DNA of 64,000 bases from Alphaproteobacteria bacterium (GTDB lineage Bacteria > Pseudomonadota > Alphaproteobacteria > RF32 > CAG-239), in the NCBI GenBank assembly GCA_015062235.1, contig SUUZ01000006.1, positions 11,258-75,257 on the forward strand, given 5' to 3'. Shown piece by piece: positions 41,955 through 52,061 of the stretch; position 1 is the stretch's first letter; each line of letters begins with the position of its first letter. Made by a program: the position numbers and the translations under genes. The notes beneath the pieces are model-generated. The model was not told the DNA's origin and did no database searches. It saw nothing but the letters and a program-made list of their open reading frames with translations.

Positions 41955-42460
41955 TCTATTATTTCTTCAAGATATATTCCATAAATACTTTGTTTAGGAA
42001 TCCATCCTTCAATATGTTCAAAAGACATTAAACAGAAGTCGTTGTTTGTAGGGCATTTTTTTATTTCTCCAACAACTCCGTCTTCTATTTTTGCTATGAT
42101 TTGAGAACTGTGGTTGCTTCTTTTATATAAATTGTTTTCGCCAGGGGTAATAATTTTGCCAAATCTTTTGGATGTCAGCATTTGTGCTTTTACCCAACTT
42201 TCGGATCCCTGCCAATCTCGTACTCTACGCCAACCTTCAAATTCTGCTATTATTTCTACAGGGGCATGTTTTTGCATATATATCCACTCTATCGGATATT
42301 TTGTACCAGGTCCAGAGCGGGCGTTAATAGGTTGCGTGCGAAGAGATACAAAACGAGGTAAAGCTACAGTTTTCTTAGTTGCTTGAGGAATAACAGCTTG
42401 GGCTACAGCGGCTAAAACAACAATAATACAAATGAAGAAAACAAGTAAGATTCTTTTCAT
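41951..42460 (-). CDS. secreted hypothetical protein (possible SH3b-like repeats)
   Basis: Signal peptide MKRILLVFFICIIVVLAAVAQA. 169 aa. Confidence 0.35.
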   Translation of the reverse strand: MKRILLVFFICIIVVLAAVAQAVIPQATKKTVALPRFVSLRTQPINARSGPGTKYPIEWIYMQKHAPVEIIAEFEGWRRVRDWQGSESWVKAQMLTSKRFGKIITPGENNLYKRSNHSSQIIAKIEDGVVGEIKKCPTNNDFCLMSFEHIEGWIPKQSIYGIYLEEIID

Positions 42461-42546
42461 TATATAAATCCTTTAAATCTTTTTTTATTACTTAAAGGCT
42501 ATTATCTCACTATTAAGTGAATAAAAAGTAAAAGGAGATTAAAAAA

Positions 42547-43665
42547 ATGAAAGTAATAGAAATTGCTCAAGAGTTAATGAAATTTAGAACAGAGACAGGT
42601 AATGAGCAAGAAATTAACAGTGCAATGGCATATATTAAAAATATGATGTCTTTGATAGGTGCAAGAGTTGATATTTTTCAAAAAAAAGATACTGCACCCG
42701 TAATATTTATTCGTAATAGTAATTCCTATGATTTAGATATTTTAGTTTTAGGACATATAGATGTTGTTCCTGCGGATGACAAAATGTTTATTCCAGAGAT
42801 AAAAGATGGTAAACTTTTTGGTAGAGGTTCTCTTGATATGAAATCCTTTGCGGCGGTTGCTCTTAATACGATGCAATATGTTGTTGAAAATAAGCTGCCC
42901 TTGAATTTTGGGGTTATTTTTTCTTCTGATGAGGAAAAAGGATCTAAAGGTACGAAAGCTTTTTTAGAAAAATATACAAAAATTAAGGCCAATATTGTTT
43001 TAGATAACGATGTTGGAGGAGATATAACAAAGATTATTGCAAAATGTAAAAATCCTGTATTTGTGAAAATAGAAGCCAACGGAAAAGAGGCTCATGGGTC
43101 AAGACCTTGGGAGGGTATTGACGCCAATGAATTAATGTTTAAGGTTATTTCTAACATCAGAAAAATATACCCAGCTTATGATTTGGAAGGGAAAAAACCG
43201 AGAAATAAATGGGTGGATACACTGCATTTTGCAAAAATTCAAGGGGGTAAGGTGTCTAATATTATATCAGATAAATGTGAAGTTTTATGTGATTTTAGAC
43301 TAACAGAAACGAGTTATGTTGATGATTTGATTAAAAACTTGAAAAAATCTATGATAAAGGGCGTTACTTTTGAAGTTGTATCATCCAGTGTTCCTGTTGT
43401 TATGGATGAAAAAAATCATTATATTTTACAGTATAAAAATTTAGCGGAATCTTGTTTAGGGGATAAAATTAAATTTGAATATGAAGGGGGAGCTACAGAT
43501 GCAAGGGAATTTGCTGTCAGAGGGTCTACAGTTATTATGCACTCGGGGTCTGGCGGTGGTATGCATGCTTCGGATGAATATGTTGAAATAGATTCTGTTG
43601 AAAAACTGGCGCAAATTCAAATTGAGTTTTTGAAAAAAATAGCCCTTGCAAAAGGTAAAGAATGA
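42547..43665 (+). CDS. M20-family metallopeptidase (ArgE/DapE-like)
   Basis: VLGHIDVVP metal-binding motif. Dimerisation domain. 372 aa. Confidence 0.75.
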   Translation: MKVIEIAQELMKFRTETGNEQEINSAMAYIKNMMSLIGARVDIFQKKDTAPVIFIRNSNSYDLDILVLGHIDVVPADDKMFIPEIKDGKLFGRGSLDMKSFAAVALNTMQYVVENKLPLNFGVIFSSDEEKGSKGTKAFLEKYTKIKANIVLDNDVGGDITKIIAKCKNPVFVKIEANGKEAHGSRPWEGIDANELMFKVISNIRKIYPAYDLEGKKPRNKWVDTLHFAKIQGGKVSNIISDKCEVLCDFRLTETSYVDDLIKNLKKSMIKGVTFEVVSSSVPVVMDEKNHYILQYKNLAESCLGDKIKFEYEGGATDAREFAVRGSTVIMHSGSGGGMHASDEYVEIDSVEKLAQIQIEFLKKIALAKGKE

Positions 43666-43687
43666 ATATATAAACAATTGTGCGGTG

Positions 43688-43734
<47 letters not shown>

Positions 43735-43809
43735 ATATTTAGAAAAATAGCACATAACATATTGTAATTAGGTAATTTTTTAACAGATTAAAGATTTTAT
43801 AAAAAATGT

Positions 43810-43835
43810 GGTGCCTCAATGGTGCCTCATTTTTT
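43810..43835. repeat. tandem GGTGCCTCA x2 + T-run motif (candidate integrase arm-type/accessory site, left end)
   Basis: GGTGCCTCAATGGTGCCTCATTTTTT. 24/26 match to the copy at 57059-57084, in the same orientation. Confidence 0.5.
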
Positions 43836-44087
43836 AGAAAAAACACCATTTTTTAGATATTAAATTATGGATGAAAATATTTATTTTTTCTCATACCAAG
43901 CACCCTTGGTAGAACCATTTTTAACCAAGAATCCACCATCAACCAATTCTGCTAATGCTTTTTTGTAAAATAAAAATATTTTAAAATTTTTTCATTTTAT
44001 TTTTGCTTTTTCCTAATCAAGTTTGGTAATATACAAATAAAGCAAATAATACTTATTAAACTTAACTATAATTTTATGGGGGTAATT

Positions 44088-44240
44088 ATGAAAGAAAGCA
44101 AACAATTTTTAGAAGAATGGGTAAAGAATTATTCAACAGATAACCAAACAAAAGAATGGTTAAATGAATGGGTTAAAAAAGCATCAGTTGAATCTCAAAC
44201 TAAACAATGGTTAGAAAGTTGGGTTAATTCTTCTAAATAG
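44088..44240 (+). CDS. small repeat peptide (50 aa; below ORF-track threshold) with iterated EWV/EWL motif
   Basis: MKESKQFLEEWVKNYSTDNQTKEWLNEWVKKASVESQTKQWLESWVNSSK. RBS-like GGGGGTAATT upstream. Followed by a terminator hairpin. Confidence 0.3.
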   Translation: MKESKQFLEEWVKNYSTDNQTKEWLNEWVKKASVESQTKQWLESWVNSSK

Positions 44241-44257
44241 CAAATAGTTTCATCATA

Positions 44258-44292
44258 AAAAAGCACAGAATCTCCCACTTCTGTGCTTTTTT
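44258..44292. terminator. bidirectional rho-independent terminator
   Basis: AAAAAAGCACAGA ... TCTGTGCTTTTTT between the convergent small ORF and the 317-aa gene. Confidence 0.55.
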
Positions 44293-45244
44293 ATAATGGA
44301 AATAATCCATAATATTTTAAATTATCTATCAAATCACTAAAAAGTTCATCATTATTTTCAAAATGAAAACCAATACTACTATTAGAATCATAACAAATGA
44401 TTTTACTATTCTGCCTATCAAATGTTATATGTATATTAACAATATCTTCTTTACCTTGTTTAATTACAGCCTCTTGAAGTTTATCCTTGCAAGATGAAAT
44501 GGCATATGCAAGATTATACAATATTTTATCAATAGCAATTGCATATAACATTCTTTTAGTTTCTTGGAATATTTGTGGAGTGCAACTTTTATTATTAACA
44601 ACAATAGGATATATAATCTTGGATTTTCTCATACTTATAATGTCTTGTTTTGCAATTTCTTCTGATAAAGGTATGCCTTTTAAAGAGCAGCCATCTAGTA
44701 GTCCTTGCCAATTTCTATCTAATATATCTAATAAGTCTTTATCTGCAAAATTACTATGATTTCTTACATCTAAAAAAAATACATTATTTCCCCACACATA
44801 TGTAAACAGTAAAAAATTATCATTATATTTTGTTCTTTTATCAAGAGGATGAATATGCAAATGAATTATTCCCCAATCATTTAACATATAGTCATTATAA
44901 GTTAAATGATTAGAATGTGTGCTTAAATATGGTAAAATAGATGAACCTTTTTCAAAGCATTTTTGTATATTATCTATTTTTTTCTTAAATGCTTTATATA
45001 GTTTGGATTTTAATATTTCTTTGGAGTAATATACAGCCTTTTTTCCACAAGGAAGCCTTTGCATATTGTAAATATAACATTTTAACAAGTCTTTATAATC
45101 AGCATCTTTGAGATATTCTTTAGAATGTTTTGTGATTTCTATATTTTGTGTTTTTATAAAATCATTAAATAGTTCAATTAGAAAATCTCTGCAATCTTGC
45201 TTAAAATTATTAAAAATGCTTGTTATATTTACATCATCACTCAT
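44291..45244 (-). CDS. hypothetical protein translationally coupled (ATGA overlap) to Type ISP RM gene
   Basis: 317-aa ORF whose start codon overlaps the stop of the 1613-aa RM gene. No recognisable motifs. Confidence 0.4.
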   Translation of the reverse strand: MSDDVNITSIFNNFKQDCRDFLIELFNDFIKTQNIEITKHSKEYLKDADYKDLLKCYIYNMQRLPCGKKAVYYSKEILKSKLYKAFKKKIDNIQKCFEKGSSILPYLSTHSNHLTYNDYMLNDWGIIHLHIHPLDKRTKYNDNFLLFTYVWGNNVFFLDVRNHSNFADKDLLDILDRNWQGLLDGCSLKGIPLSEEIAKQDIISMRKSKIIYPIVVNNKSCTPQIFQETKRMLYAIAIDKILYNLAYAISSCKDKLQEAVIKQGKEDIVNIHITFDRQNSKIICYDSNSSIGFHFENNDELFSDLIDNLKYYGLFPL

Positions 45245-48200
45245 TTCAAATCCAATTTTGGCAATCTCTTAACAATCTCATTAGTTGCCATACTAACTGT
45301 TATAATGGATAAAATCAAGTCAAGGATATATCTTGGGTTATTGTGTTCCAATCCCCAATCATTAGGGTCATTCTTAATTCCACTATCTTTATCAATCTTA
45401 ACTTGGTATCTATCCATAATCCACTCTATTGCTGATTTACCATTAATAACATAATCATATGCTTCTAATGGAATATTCTCTATTCTGATATATGAATTGT
45501 AAATTAAGGTTGATTTATCAACATCTTTGCCATTTTTGCCAAATGATAGCTTCTCAACATAATATTTTTCACTATCTTCCCCAATAACCTTAACATCTGG
45601 ATATGCTGGAACTGCCTCATAATTTAAGTGAAGTTCTGCTAATTCTCTACCAGCTTTACTAAATGCCCAGAAATCATTAGGAACATCTACAAGAGGTATT
45701 TTTGGCAACATTTTCTTCAAATCTGCTGCAAATTGCTCTCTATAATCTTTGGAATGCAATAAACCATAAACATAATAGAATATATCTTCTTTAACTACTT
45801 TATGACCATATCTTGTTTTGCATTGTTCCAATATAAAATCAGTAATACCATCTCTTCTGATATAATTCTCTTTACCTTGGTCAAATAATGTTCCTATATT
45901 TCCCTTATTTTCTTCATAGTAATATAGTGGGAAACATTGTGAATCACCATTTAAGTGCAAATCAGGTATATGATTTACTATAATTGGAACTCCATTTTTC
46001 ATTGCAGGAAAGCAAATACACACATTTTTATGCTCTGATGTTGGGAATAATTTAGGTATCTGATACATCATTTCATTCAATGGTTTGTATAAAAACAAAT
46101 ATTGTTTATAAAATGGTCTATATACAGCATAAACAATATTACCATCTGAATAATTATATACTTTATTCTTATTTACATCATTTTGAGTTGCTCTTGTCCA
46201 AACTATTTTTGATGGCTCATAAGTAATTTGTAAGGATTTATTATCATTTAACTTATTTCTTTGTTCATTATAAAAATCAATAGTTGTTTTTATATTATTT
46301 TCTAAATCTTTTTTTGATGAATTATAACACCAAGGGTCTCTTTGGGTTTTTAATCCATTTGAATAATATGGAACAAATACAGTTCTAGTATTAGTTTTAT
46401 CATCTTTATCACCAAGAGGTATAAATGAACTAAATAAATCACTTCTTTGATTTAACCAATCATTATGCTCATTAGGTCTTAATGCCTTCCACTCTATTTT
46501 AGAATTATTTATACCCTTAAAATGCTTTAATATCTCTAATTTTTCTGTTCTTTTTAGATAATCACCAATATCATGGTAATAAATTGTTGCTTTTTCATCT
46601 GGATTTTTATTAGGTTTCTTAACAAGAATAGTGATAGCAACACCTGTCATAATATCAAATACATTTTGACCTTCTTTTTGGGCAGCATCTTTGGATTTTC
46701 CTCTAATAGCACCTCTTAAATTAAATATATGAATAGAACTAAACTCTTGTTCTAAACATTGTCTAAACCCATCCATAGAGTTAGATTCAAGCCATCCACC
46801 ATTAGTAATAAAGGCAACTATACCACCATTTTTGTTATCTAATCTATCTGATGACCATCTAAATGCCTTTATATAACTATCATATAAAGCATTTTTATTA
46901 GTGGCTGTTCCCAATTTAGCATAGGTTTCTTCAACTCTACTATCTAATTTAGGATATTTTTGGTTTTGTGCATTATCATTGGCATTTTTCTGACCAACTG
47001 AATATGGTGGATTACCAATAATAATTCTTACTGGTGCTTTCTTTTGTTCAATAACTCTTTCAGAGTTTTGTGGCAACATATCAGAGAATAATTCATCTGC
47101 TTCATCAGATTCTCCTAATTGGAATGTATCTGTTAAGCAAATACCATCAAATGGTTGGTATTCATCTTTAAGTTCCATAATATCATGGTATGCATTTTCT
47201 ATGTTAATAGAGGCAATATAGTAAGCCAATAATACAATCTCATTACAATGTAATTCTTTTGCATACTTATGTGGCAATGCCTTTTTATCAATAAGACCTT
47301 GCTGAATCATTCTTGTAATAAATGTTCCAGTGCCTGTAAATGGGTCTAAAATATGGACATTTTCATCAGATAAACTTCTGTTAAACTCTTTTTTCAATAC
47401 TTGTGCTACTGAATTATTAATAAAATCAACCACTTCAATAGGTGTATATACAATACCTAATTGTTCAACAACTTTTGGGAATGCTGTTTTGAAGAACTTA
47501 TCATATAATTCAACTATAATCTTTTGCTTACCTTCTGCATTATCAATGCCTTCAACCCTTTCTTTTACTGATTCATAGAACTTATTTAAGGTTTCAGCAT
47601 CTTTATCCATTGCTTGTTCTTCAAGTAAATCAATCATTTTCTGTAATGATTTAGATACTGCATTGTTTTGAACAAATGAATAATTCTCAAATAATGCCTC
47701 AAATACTGGTTGTGTTATAAGATGTTGTGCTAACATCTGTATAACTTCATCTTTGGATACAGATGGGTTAATATTCTTTTGTAAACCCTTTAATAAGCTA
47801 TCAAATGCTTTTTTATGCTTACCTTCTGTTGCAATAAGTAAGTTAATTCTCTCAATATATCTTTGTGCAATCTGTGCAACATCTTGTGCCCATTGGACCC
47901 AATATCTCTTATTTCCAACCTTTTGCACCATTTTAGCATAAATTGCATTTTGCAACTGGTCTATTTCAGGTAGTGGTAATGCTAATTGGGTGCTTTCTGT
48001 TGATGATGTTGTTGTATCACCATCAGAATCTGTTGCTTTACTGCCAATTCCACCAACAATAATCTTGTTATTCTTCTTTTTATTCAAATCAATCTTATTG
48101 ATTTCAGCATTAAATCTATCATCATGGGCTCTTAAAGCATTAAGGACTGTCCAAACAACCTTATATCTCTCATTATCATCCAATGCTTCTTCTGGCTTTA

Positions 48201-50082
48201 CACCTGATGGAACAACAATAGGAATAATTATATAGCCATATTTCTTATTAGGTGCTGTTCTCATAACTCTACCAACTGATTGCACCACATCAACTTGGCT
48301 ATTCTTGGCAGATAAGAACATAACAGCATCAAGTGATGGAACATCAACACCTTCTGATAAACACTTAACATTGGTCAATATATGACATTCATTGCTATCT
48401 TTTGGTGCATTTTTTAACCAAGATAACAATTCATCTCTTTGGCTTGCACCCATTGTTCCATCAATATGCTTTGATTCAACACCAACTAATTGGCTTCTTT
48501 CTTCTTGGGTTAAACTATCATAATAAGCATCTTTATGGTTATTAAACATTCCACTTATTTTTTGTGAAACTTTAATATTTTGGCAGAATGCAACTGCTTT
48601 TGTCATAGGTGATTTATCATCATTGAATGCTTCATCTGTTGATAAAACCCTTTTAGACAAAGCATTTATACAACCAATTAACTTACTAATATCATCTGTA
48701 TTGATTTCATTGCTCTTGTCTGAAATAACATTTTGTAATGCTGTTGGAATCTGTTCTTCTTTTAAGGTTAAAATCAATACCTTATAATCTGCTAATAGAT
48801 TTTTTGATACTGCTTCACCAAATCCAATTCTATACATTTCTTGTCCATAGATGCTTTCATCATCCATTGAACACAATATTGCATCATTTTCTTGGGCTTT
48901 TTGCTTACTTGCATCTGTATATAATCTTGGGGTTGCAGTCATATACATTCTTTTTTTAGCAACAATACAGTCATTATTATGGACCTTTGTAAATGATGCT
49001 TCTTCTTTATCTTTTAATACAACACCAGTAGTTCTATGGGCTTCATCACAAATTACCAAATCAAATATACAAGAATCCTTTTGTCTTTTATTGATGGCTT
49101 CTTGGGCTTTGGATATAACATCAATTGATTGATATGTAGAGAATACAACAATCATTCTATCTTTATGTTGCTGTTTTGCTAACTCATATTGATGAATAAT
49201 ATTAGGAACATTGGTTGATGCAGGTAATGCCAAATCAACCACACTCATATCATCATTGTCTGTTTTTTTGGTAATTGCTGGGTCAGAACAAATACAAATA
49301 GGATAAATTGGCTTTTCTGATTCAGCACACCATTCTCTTAATGTCTGCCCTAATAATGCTATTGATGGAACTAAAAATAGCACCAATCCACTTCCATTGG
49401 TTTCTTTTTCAGCAATTTTTAAGGATGTATAGGTCTTACCACAACCACAAGCCATTATTAACTTGCCTCTATCATTGCCTTTAAAATGCTCATTTACATT
49501 AGAAATTGCTTTATTTTGGTGGTCTCTTGGTGTTTTTTTCTGTTTTCTTGCTGATTTTCCTTCTTCTCCATTTACCAATTTATCCCAATCAACATTAGAG
49601 TTCTCTAAATCTGTTAAACTAATTCTGATAAGTGGTGGATTCTGATTTTTTATTGTATTTTCTGCTTCACCATTCCAATGGTTAGTAGTTGAAATCCATA
49701 ATCTTTGGCTAAATTGGACTGTCTCCATATTTTCATTATAAAAACTCTTGCTTGATGTAGATAAAAAACTATCAACACCAGCTTTATCAATGTAAGCATT
49801 TTCCTCATAGCATTTACATTGAACTGCCCAATAATCACCCTCAACTGTCTGTGCAACTAAATCAATTCCAGTATCTTTACCACTGAAATCTTTTCTATAT
49901 GGAAACTCATTCCATAGCCATATCTGCTTGAATCTTCCTTCATATGTTGGTTCTGACAACATATACTTCTTCATTAAGAGCTCAAATCTTGCACCCTTAT
50001 CTCTTTCAGAGAATGCTTCTCTTCTAAACTTTTTTAATACATCACTGAATGATAATATTGGTGTGGTCATATTGCTCTCCAT
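45241..50082 (-). CDS. Type ISP restriction-modification enzyme (Mrr-like nuclease + SF2 helicase-like ATPase + gamma-class N6-adenine methyltransferase + TRD, single polypeptide; LlaGI/LlaBIII-like)
   Basis: N-terminal PD-(D/E)xK-like IDLVAQTVEGDYWAVQCK. Helicase motif I ACGCGKT, motif II ICDEAHRTTG, motif VI QSVGRVMR. MTase motif I DPFTGTGTF and motif IV NPPY. Long C-terminal specificity region. 1613 aa. Confidence 0.85.
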   Translation of the reverse strand: MESNMTTPILSFSDVLKKFRREAFSERDKGARFELLMKKYMLSEPTYEGRFKQIWLWNEFPYRKDFSGKDTGIDLVAQTVEGDYWAVQCKCYEENAYIDKAGVDSFLSTSSKSFYNENMETVQFSQRLWISTTNHWNGEAENTIKNQNPPLIRISLTDLENSNVDWDKLVNGEEGKSARKQKKTPRDHQNKAISNVNEHFKGNDRGKLIMACGCGKTYTSLKIAEKETNGSGLVLFLVPSIALLGQTLREWCAESEKPIYPICICSDPAITKKTDNDDMSVVDLALPASTNVPNIIHQYELAKQQHKDRMIVVFSTYQSIDVISKAQEAINKRQKDSCIFDLVICDEAHRTTGVVLKDKEEASFTKVHNNDCIVAKKRMYMTATPRLYTDASKQKAQENDAILCSMDDESIYGQEMYRIGFGEAVSKNLLADYKVLILTLKEEQIPTALQNVISDKSNEINTDDISKLIGCINALSKRVLSTDEAFNDDKSPMTKAVAFCQNIKVSQKISGMFNNHKDAYYDSLTQEERSQLVGVESKHIDGTMGASQRDELLSWLKNAPKDSNECHILTNVKCLSEGVDVPSLDAVMFLSAKNSQVDVVQSVGRVMRTAPNKKYGYIIIPIVVPSGVKPEEALDDNERYKVVWTVLNALRAHDDRFNAEINKIDLNKKKNNKIIVGGIGSKATDSDGDTTTSSTESTQLALPLPEIDQLQNAIYAKMVQKVGNKRYWVQWAQDVAQIAQRYIERINLLIATEGKHKKAFDSLLKGLQKNINPSVSKDEVIQMLAQHLITQPVFEALFENYSFVQNNAVSKSLQKMIDLLEEQAMDKDAETLNKFYESVKERVEGIDNAEGKQKIIVELYDKFFKTAFPKVVEQLGIVYTPIEVVDFINNSVAQVLKKEFNRSLSDENVHILDPFTGTGTFITRMIQQGLIDKKALPHKYAKELHCNEIVLLAYYIASINIENAYHDIMELKDEYQPFDGICLTDTFQLGESDEADELFSDMLPQNSERVIEQKKAPVRIIIGNPPYSVGQKNANDNAQNQKYPKLDSRVEETYAKLGTATNKNALYDSYIKAFRWSSDRLDNKNGGIVAFITNGGWLESNSMDGFRQCLEQEFSSIHIFNLRGAIRGKSKDAAQKEGQNVFDIMTGVAITILVKKPNKNPDEKATIYYHDIGDYLKRTEKLEILKHFKGINNSKIEWKALRPNEHNDWLNQRSDLFSSFIPLGDKDDKTNTRTVFVPYYSNGLKTQRDPWCYNSSKKDLENNIKTTIDFYNEQRNKLNDNKSLQITYEPSKIVWTRATQNDVNKNKVYNYSDGNIVYAVYRPFYKQYLFLYKPLNEMMYQIPKLFPTSEHKNVCICFPAMKNGVPIIVNHIPDLHLNGDSQCFPLYYYEENKGNIGTLFDQGKENYIRRDGITDFILEQCKTRYGHKVVKEDIFYYVYGLLHSKDYREQFAADLKKMLPKIPLVDVPNDFWAFSKAGRELAELHLNYEAVPAYPDVKVIGEDSEKYYVEKLSFGKNGKDVDKSTLIYNSYIRIENIPLEAYDYVINGKSAIEWIMDRYQVKIDKDSGIKNDPNDWGLEHNNPRYILDLILSIITVSMATNEIVKRLPKLDLK

Positions 50083-50257
50083 AATTGCCCATTTATGGAG
50101 AGCTAAAAATACTAATCAGTTTTTATTTTATTATAACCTATTGCAGCCCTTCTATCTCCAACAATTCTGTGAGTTTAGAGTCCTTTTTTATTTAAATTTT
50201 AATATTTTATCCTTATTCTCAACCTATATAATCTAAATGGGCATCTATTTTATATAT

Positions 50258-50288
50258 CTTTGATAAATAAATATACTATTTATCAAAG
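50258..50288. promoter_or_regulatory. 12-bp perfect inverted repeat CTTTGATAAATA-N7-TATTTATCAAAG immediately upstream of serine recombinase start
   Basis: Palindrome ends 9 bp before the ATG at 50298 and overlaps the RBS. Candidate operator or recombinase site. Confidence 0.4.
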
Positions 50289-50297
50289 GATTATATA

Positions 50298-50900
50298 ATG
50301 ATTTATGGATACATTAGGGTCAGTTCAGACCAGCAAAATTGTGCTAACCAAAGATTTGAATTGGACAATTATGCTGCTAAAAATAAAATAAAAATCAATG
50401 AATATATAGAAGAGACCATATCTTCAAGAAAACATCTAAAAGATAGGAAATTAGGTAAATTACTGGATAAAATTGGTAAAGATGATGTTGTAATTACTAC
50501 TGAAATATCAAGATTAGGTAGGAATATGCTTGAAGTAATGGGTATTCTTCAACAATGTTTAGAGAAAGAATGTGAAATAATCACAATTAAAGAAAATTAC
50601 CATCTTGGTGCTGATATTCAGTCAAAAGTGCTTGCTTTTGCTTTCAGTTTAGCAGCAGAAATTGAAAGACAACTTATCTCCCAAAGAACCAAAGAATGCC
50701 TAAAAAGATTAAAAAATGAAGGTAAACATTTAGGAAGACCATATGGATTTACTTATAAAAAATTAAAAAAGAAGCATAATAAAATAAAAGAACTATTGGA
50801 TAAAAATGTATCAAAAGCAGAAATAGCAAGACTTATGGGATGCACTTGGACCACACTTCATAGATACATAAATGAATATATAAAAAATAAAGAACCATAG
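50298..50900 (+). CDS. serine recombinase (resolvase/invertase family) with C-terminal HTH
   Basis: N-terminal catalytic MIYGYIRVSSDQQ (Ser nucleophile) and SRLGRN. C-terminal HTH MGCTWTTLHRYI. 200 aa. Confidence 0.85.
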   Translation: MIYGYIRVSSDQQNCANQRFELDNYAAKNKIKINEYIEETISSRKHLKDRKLGKLLDKIGKDDVVITTEISRLGRNMLEVMGILQQCLEKECEIITIKENYHLGADIQSKVLAFAFSLAAEIERQLISQRTKECLKRLKNEGKHLGRPYGFTYKKLKKKHNKIKELLDKNVSKAEIARLMGCTWTTLHRYINEYIKNKEP

Positions 50901-50937
50901 ATTTCTCTATGATTCTTCTTATGAAATTAAATGATTT
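50868..50937. repeat. 70-bp direct repeat copy A (includes last 11 codons + stop of recombinase gene and an internal CATAGA-N4-TCTATG palindrome)
   Basis: Identical 70-mer at 52343-52412. Together they bracket the Fic gene and its upstream repeat array. Confidence 0.75.
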
Positions 50938-50957
50938 GTTCTATATATTTCTCTTTT

Positions 50958-52061
50958 TTAAAAATTATTATTACCCTCAACAATATTCAGCAAATTAGCA
51001 AAAACATATGTTGTTGGTCTTTGTCCTGCACCTTTTTTATGAACCTTCAAAATATCAGCATCAACCAACTTAGATAAAATGTTATTACAGGTAGCCTTGT
51101 TATTAATTTTAACATCTTTTAATAATTTTGTTGTGGTTATAAATGGACTTTCAAATAAAGAATCACAAATAGCAGTTGAATGATATGAATGGGTAATAGA
51201 TGGAATTTTTTCTTTAACCAAATCATATAGTTCTAATATTTTCTTTGCTCTTTGTGTATTAGTCTCTGACTGAATAATCACAGCATTCAAAAAGAACTCA
51301 ACCCAAGACTGCCAATCTCCTTCAACTGATATTTTATTGAGTTTATTATAATATTCCCCTCTATTATTTTCTAAATATTCACTTAAGTAAAAAACAGGAG
51401 ACCTCAAATAATTTTTGGAATATAAGAATAAAGGAATAAGGATTCTTCCCATTCTTCCATTTCCATCATTAAAAGGGTGAATAATTTCAAACTGAGAATG
51501 CAAAATGGCTAATTGAACCAATGTTTCCTCATCTTCTTTATGCATATATTTTTCAAAATTATCCAAAGCAGGAAGCATATCAACATATTGAGGAGGAACA
51601 TATCTAGCATTTTCTATTGTATCACCTGCTGCACCAATAAAAACATCTGTTGTTCTAAATTCTCCTCTATTTTTATTATGACCTCTAACACCAGCCAATA
51701 ATCTAAAATGAATATCCTTCAACATATTTAAGCAAAGAGGTCTTTGAGTTAAATCCTCAGTAGCAAAGGCTAAAGCATTTCTATAATTGTTAATTTCCTC
51801 AATATCATTTTCTTTTTCTTGGTCATATTTTTCACCCAAATCTTTTTGATAAATATCTGATAAAGATGCCCTTGTTCCTTCAATTTTAGAAGACAAAACA
51901 GCCTCTTGTTTGGTTAAGGGGGATAAAAGAATTTTAGGATTTACCATATTATGTAAAATTCCATTATAATTAGATAGTTTGGCATTTGCTTTGCCAATTA
52001 GTGGTGCTAATGCTTGCCAATCTAGACCACTAATGGGTAATTTATCTGGAATAAAATACAT
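50958..52061 (-). CDS. Fic-domain protein (AMPylator/Fic-DOC family), class II with N-terminal inhibitory motif
   Basis: Fic motif HPFNDGNGRMGRIL. N-terminal inhibitory-helix motif SSKIEG ([ST]xxxE[GN]). 367 aa. Confidence 0.9.
   Translation of the reverse strand: MYFIPDKLPISGLDWQALAPLIGKANAKLSNYNGILHNMVNPKILLSPLTKQEAVLSSKIEGTRASLSDIYQKDLGEKYDQEKENDIEEINNYRNALAFATEDLTQRPLCLNMLKDIHFRLLAGVRGHNKNRGEFRTTDVFIGAAGDTIENARYVPPQYVDMLPALDNFEKYMHKEDEETLVQLAILHSQFEIIHPFNDGNGRMGRILIPLFLYSKNYLRSPVFYLSEYLENNRGEYYNKLNKISVEGDWQSWVEFFLNAVIIQSETNTQRAKKILELYDLVKEKIPSITHSYHSTAICDSLFESPFITTTKLLKDVKINNKATCNNILSKLVDADILKVHKKGAGQRPTTYVFANLLNIVEGNNNF

Noticed and set aside
45241-50082. Numerous 60-100-aa plus-strand ORFs inside the Type ISP gene (for example 47330-47578, 47990-48235, 48738-49132)
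   Set aside because: They are antisense to a long, motif-rich ORF and their composition is low-complexity. They are typical shadow ORFs of an AT-rich gene.
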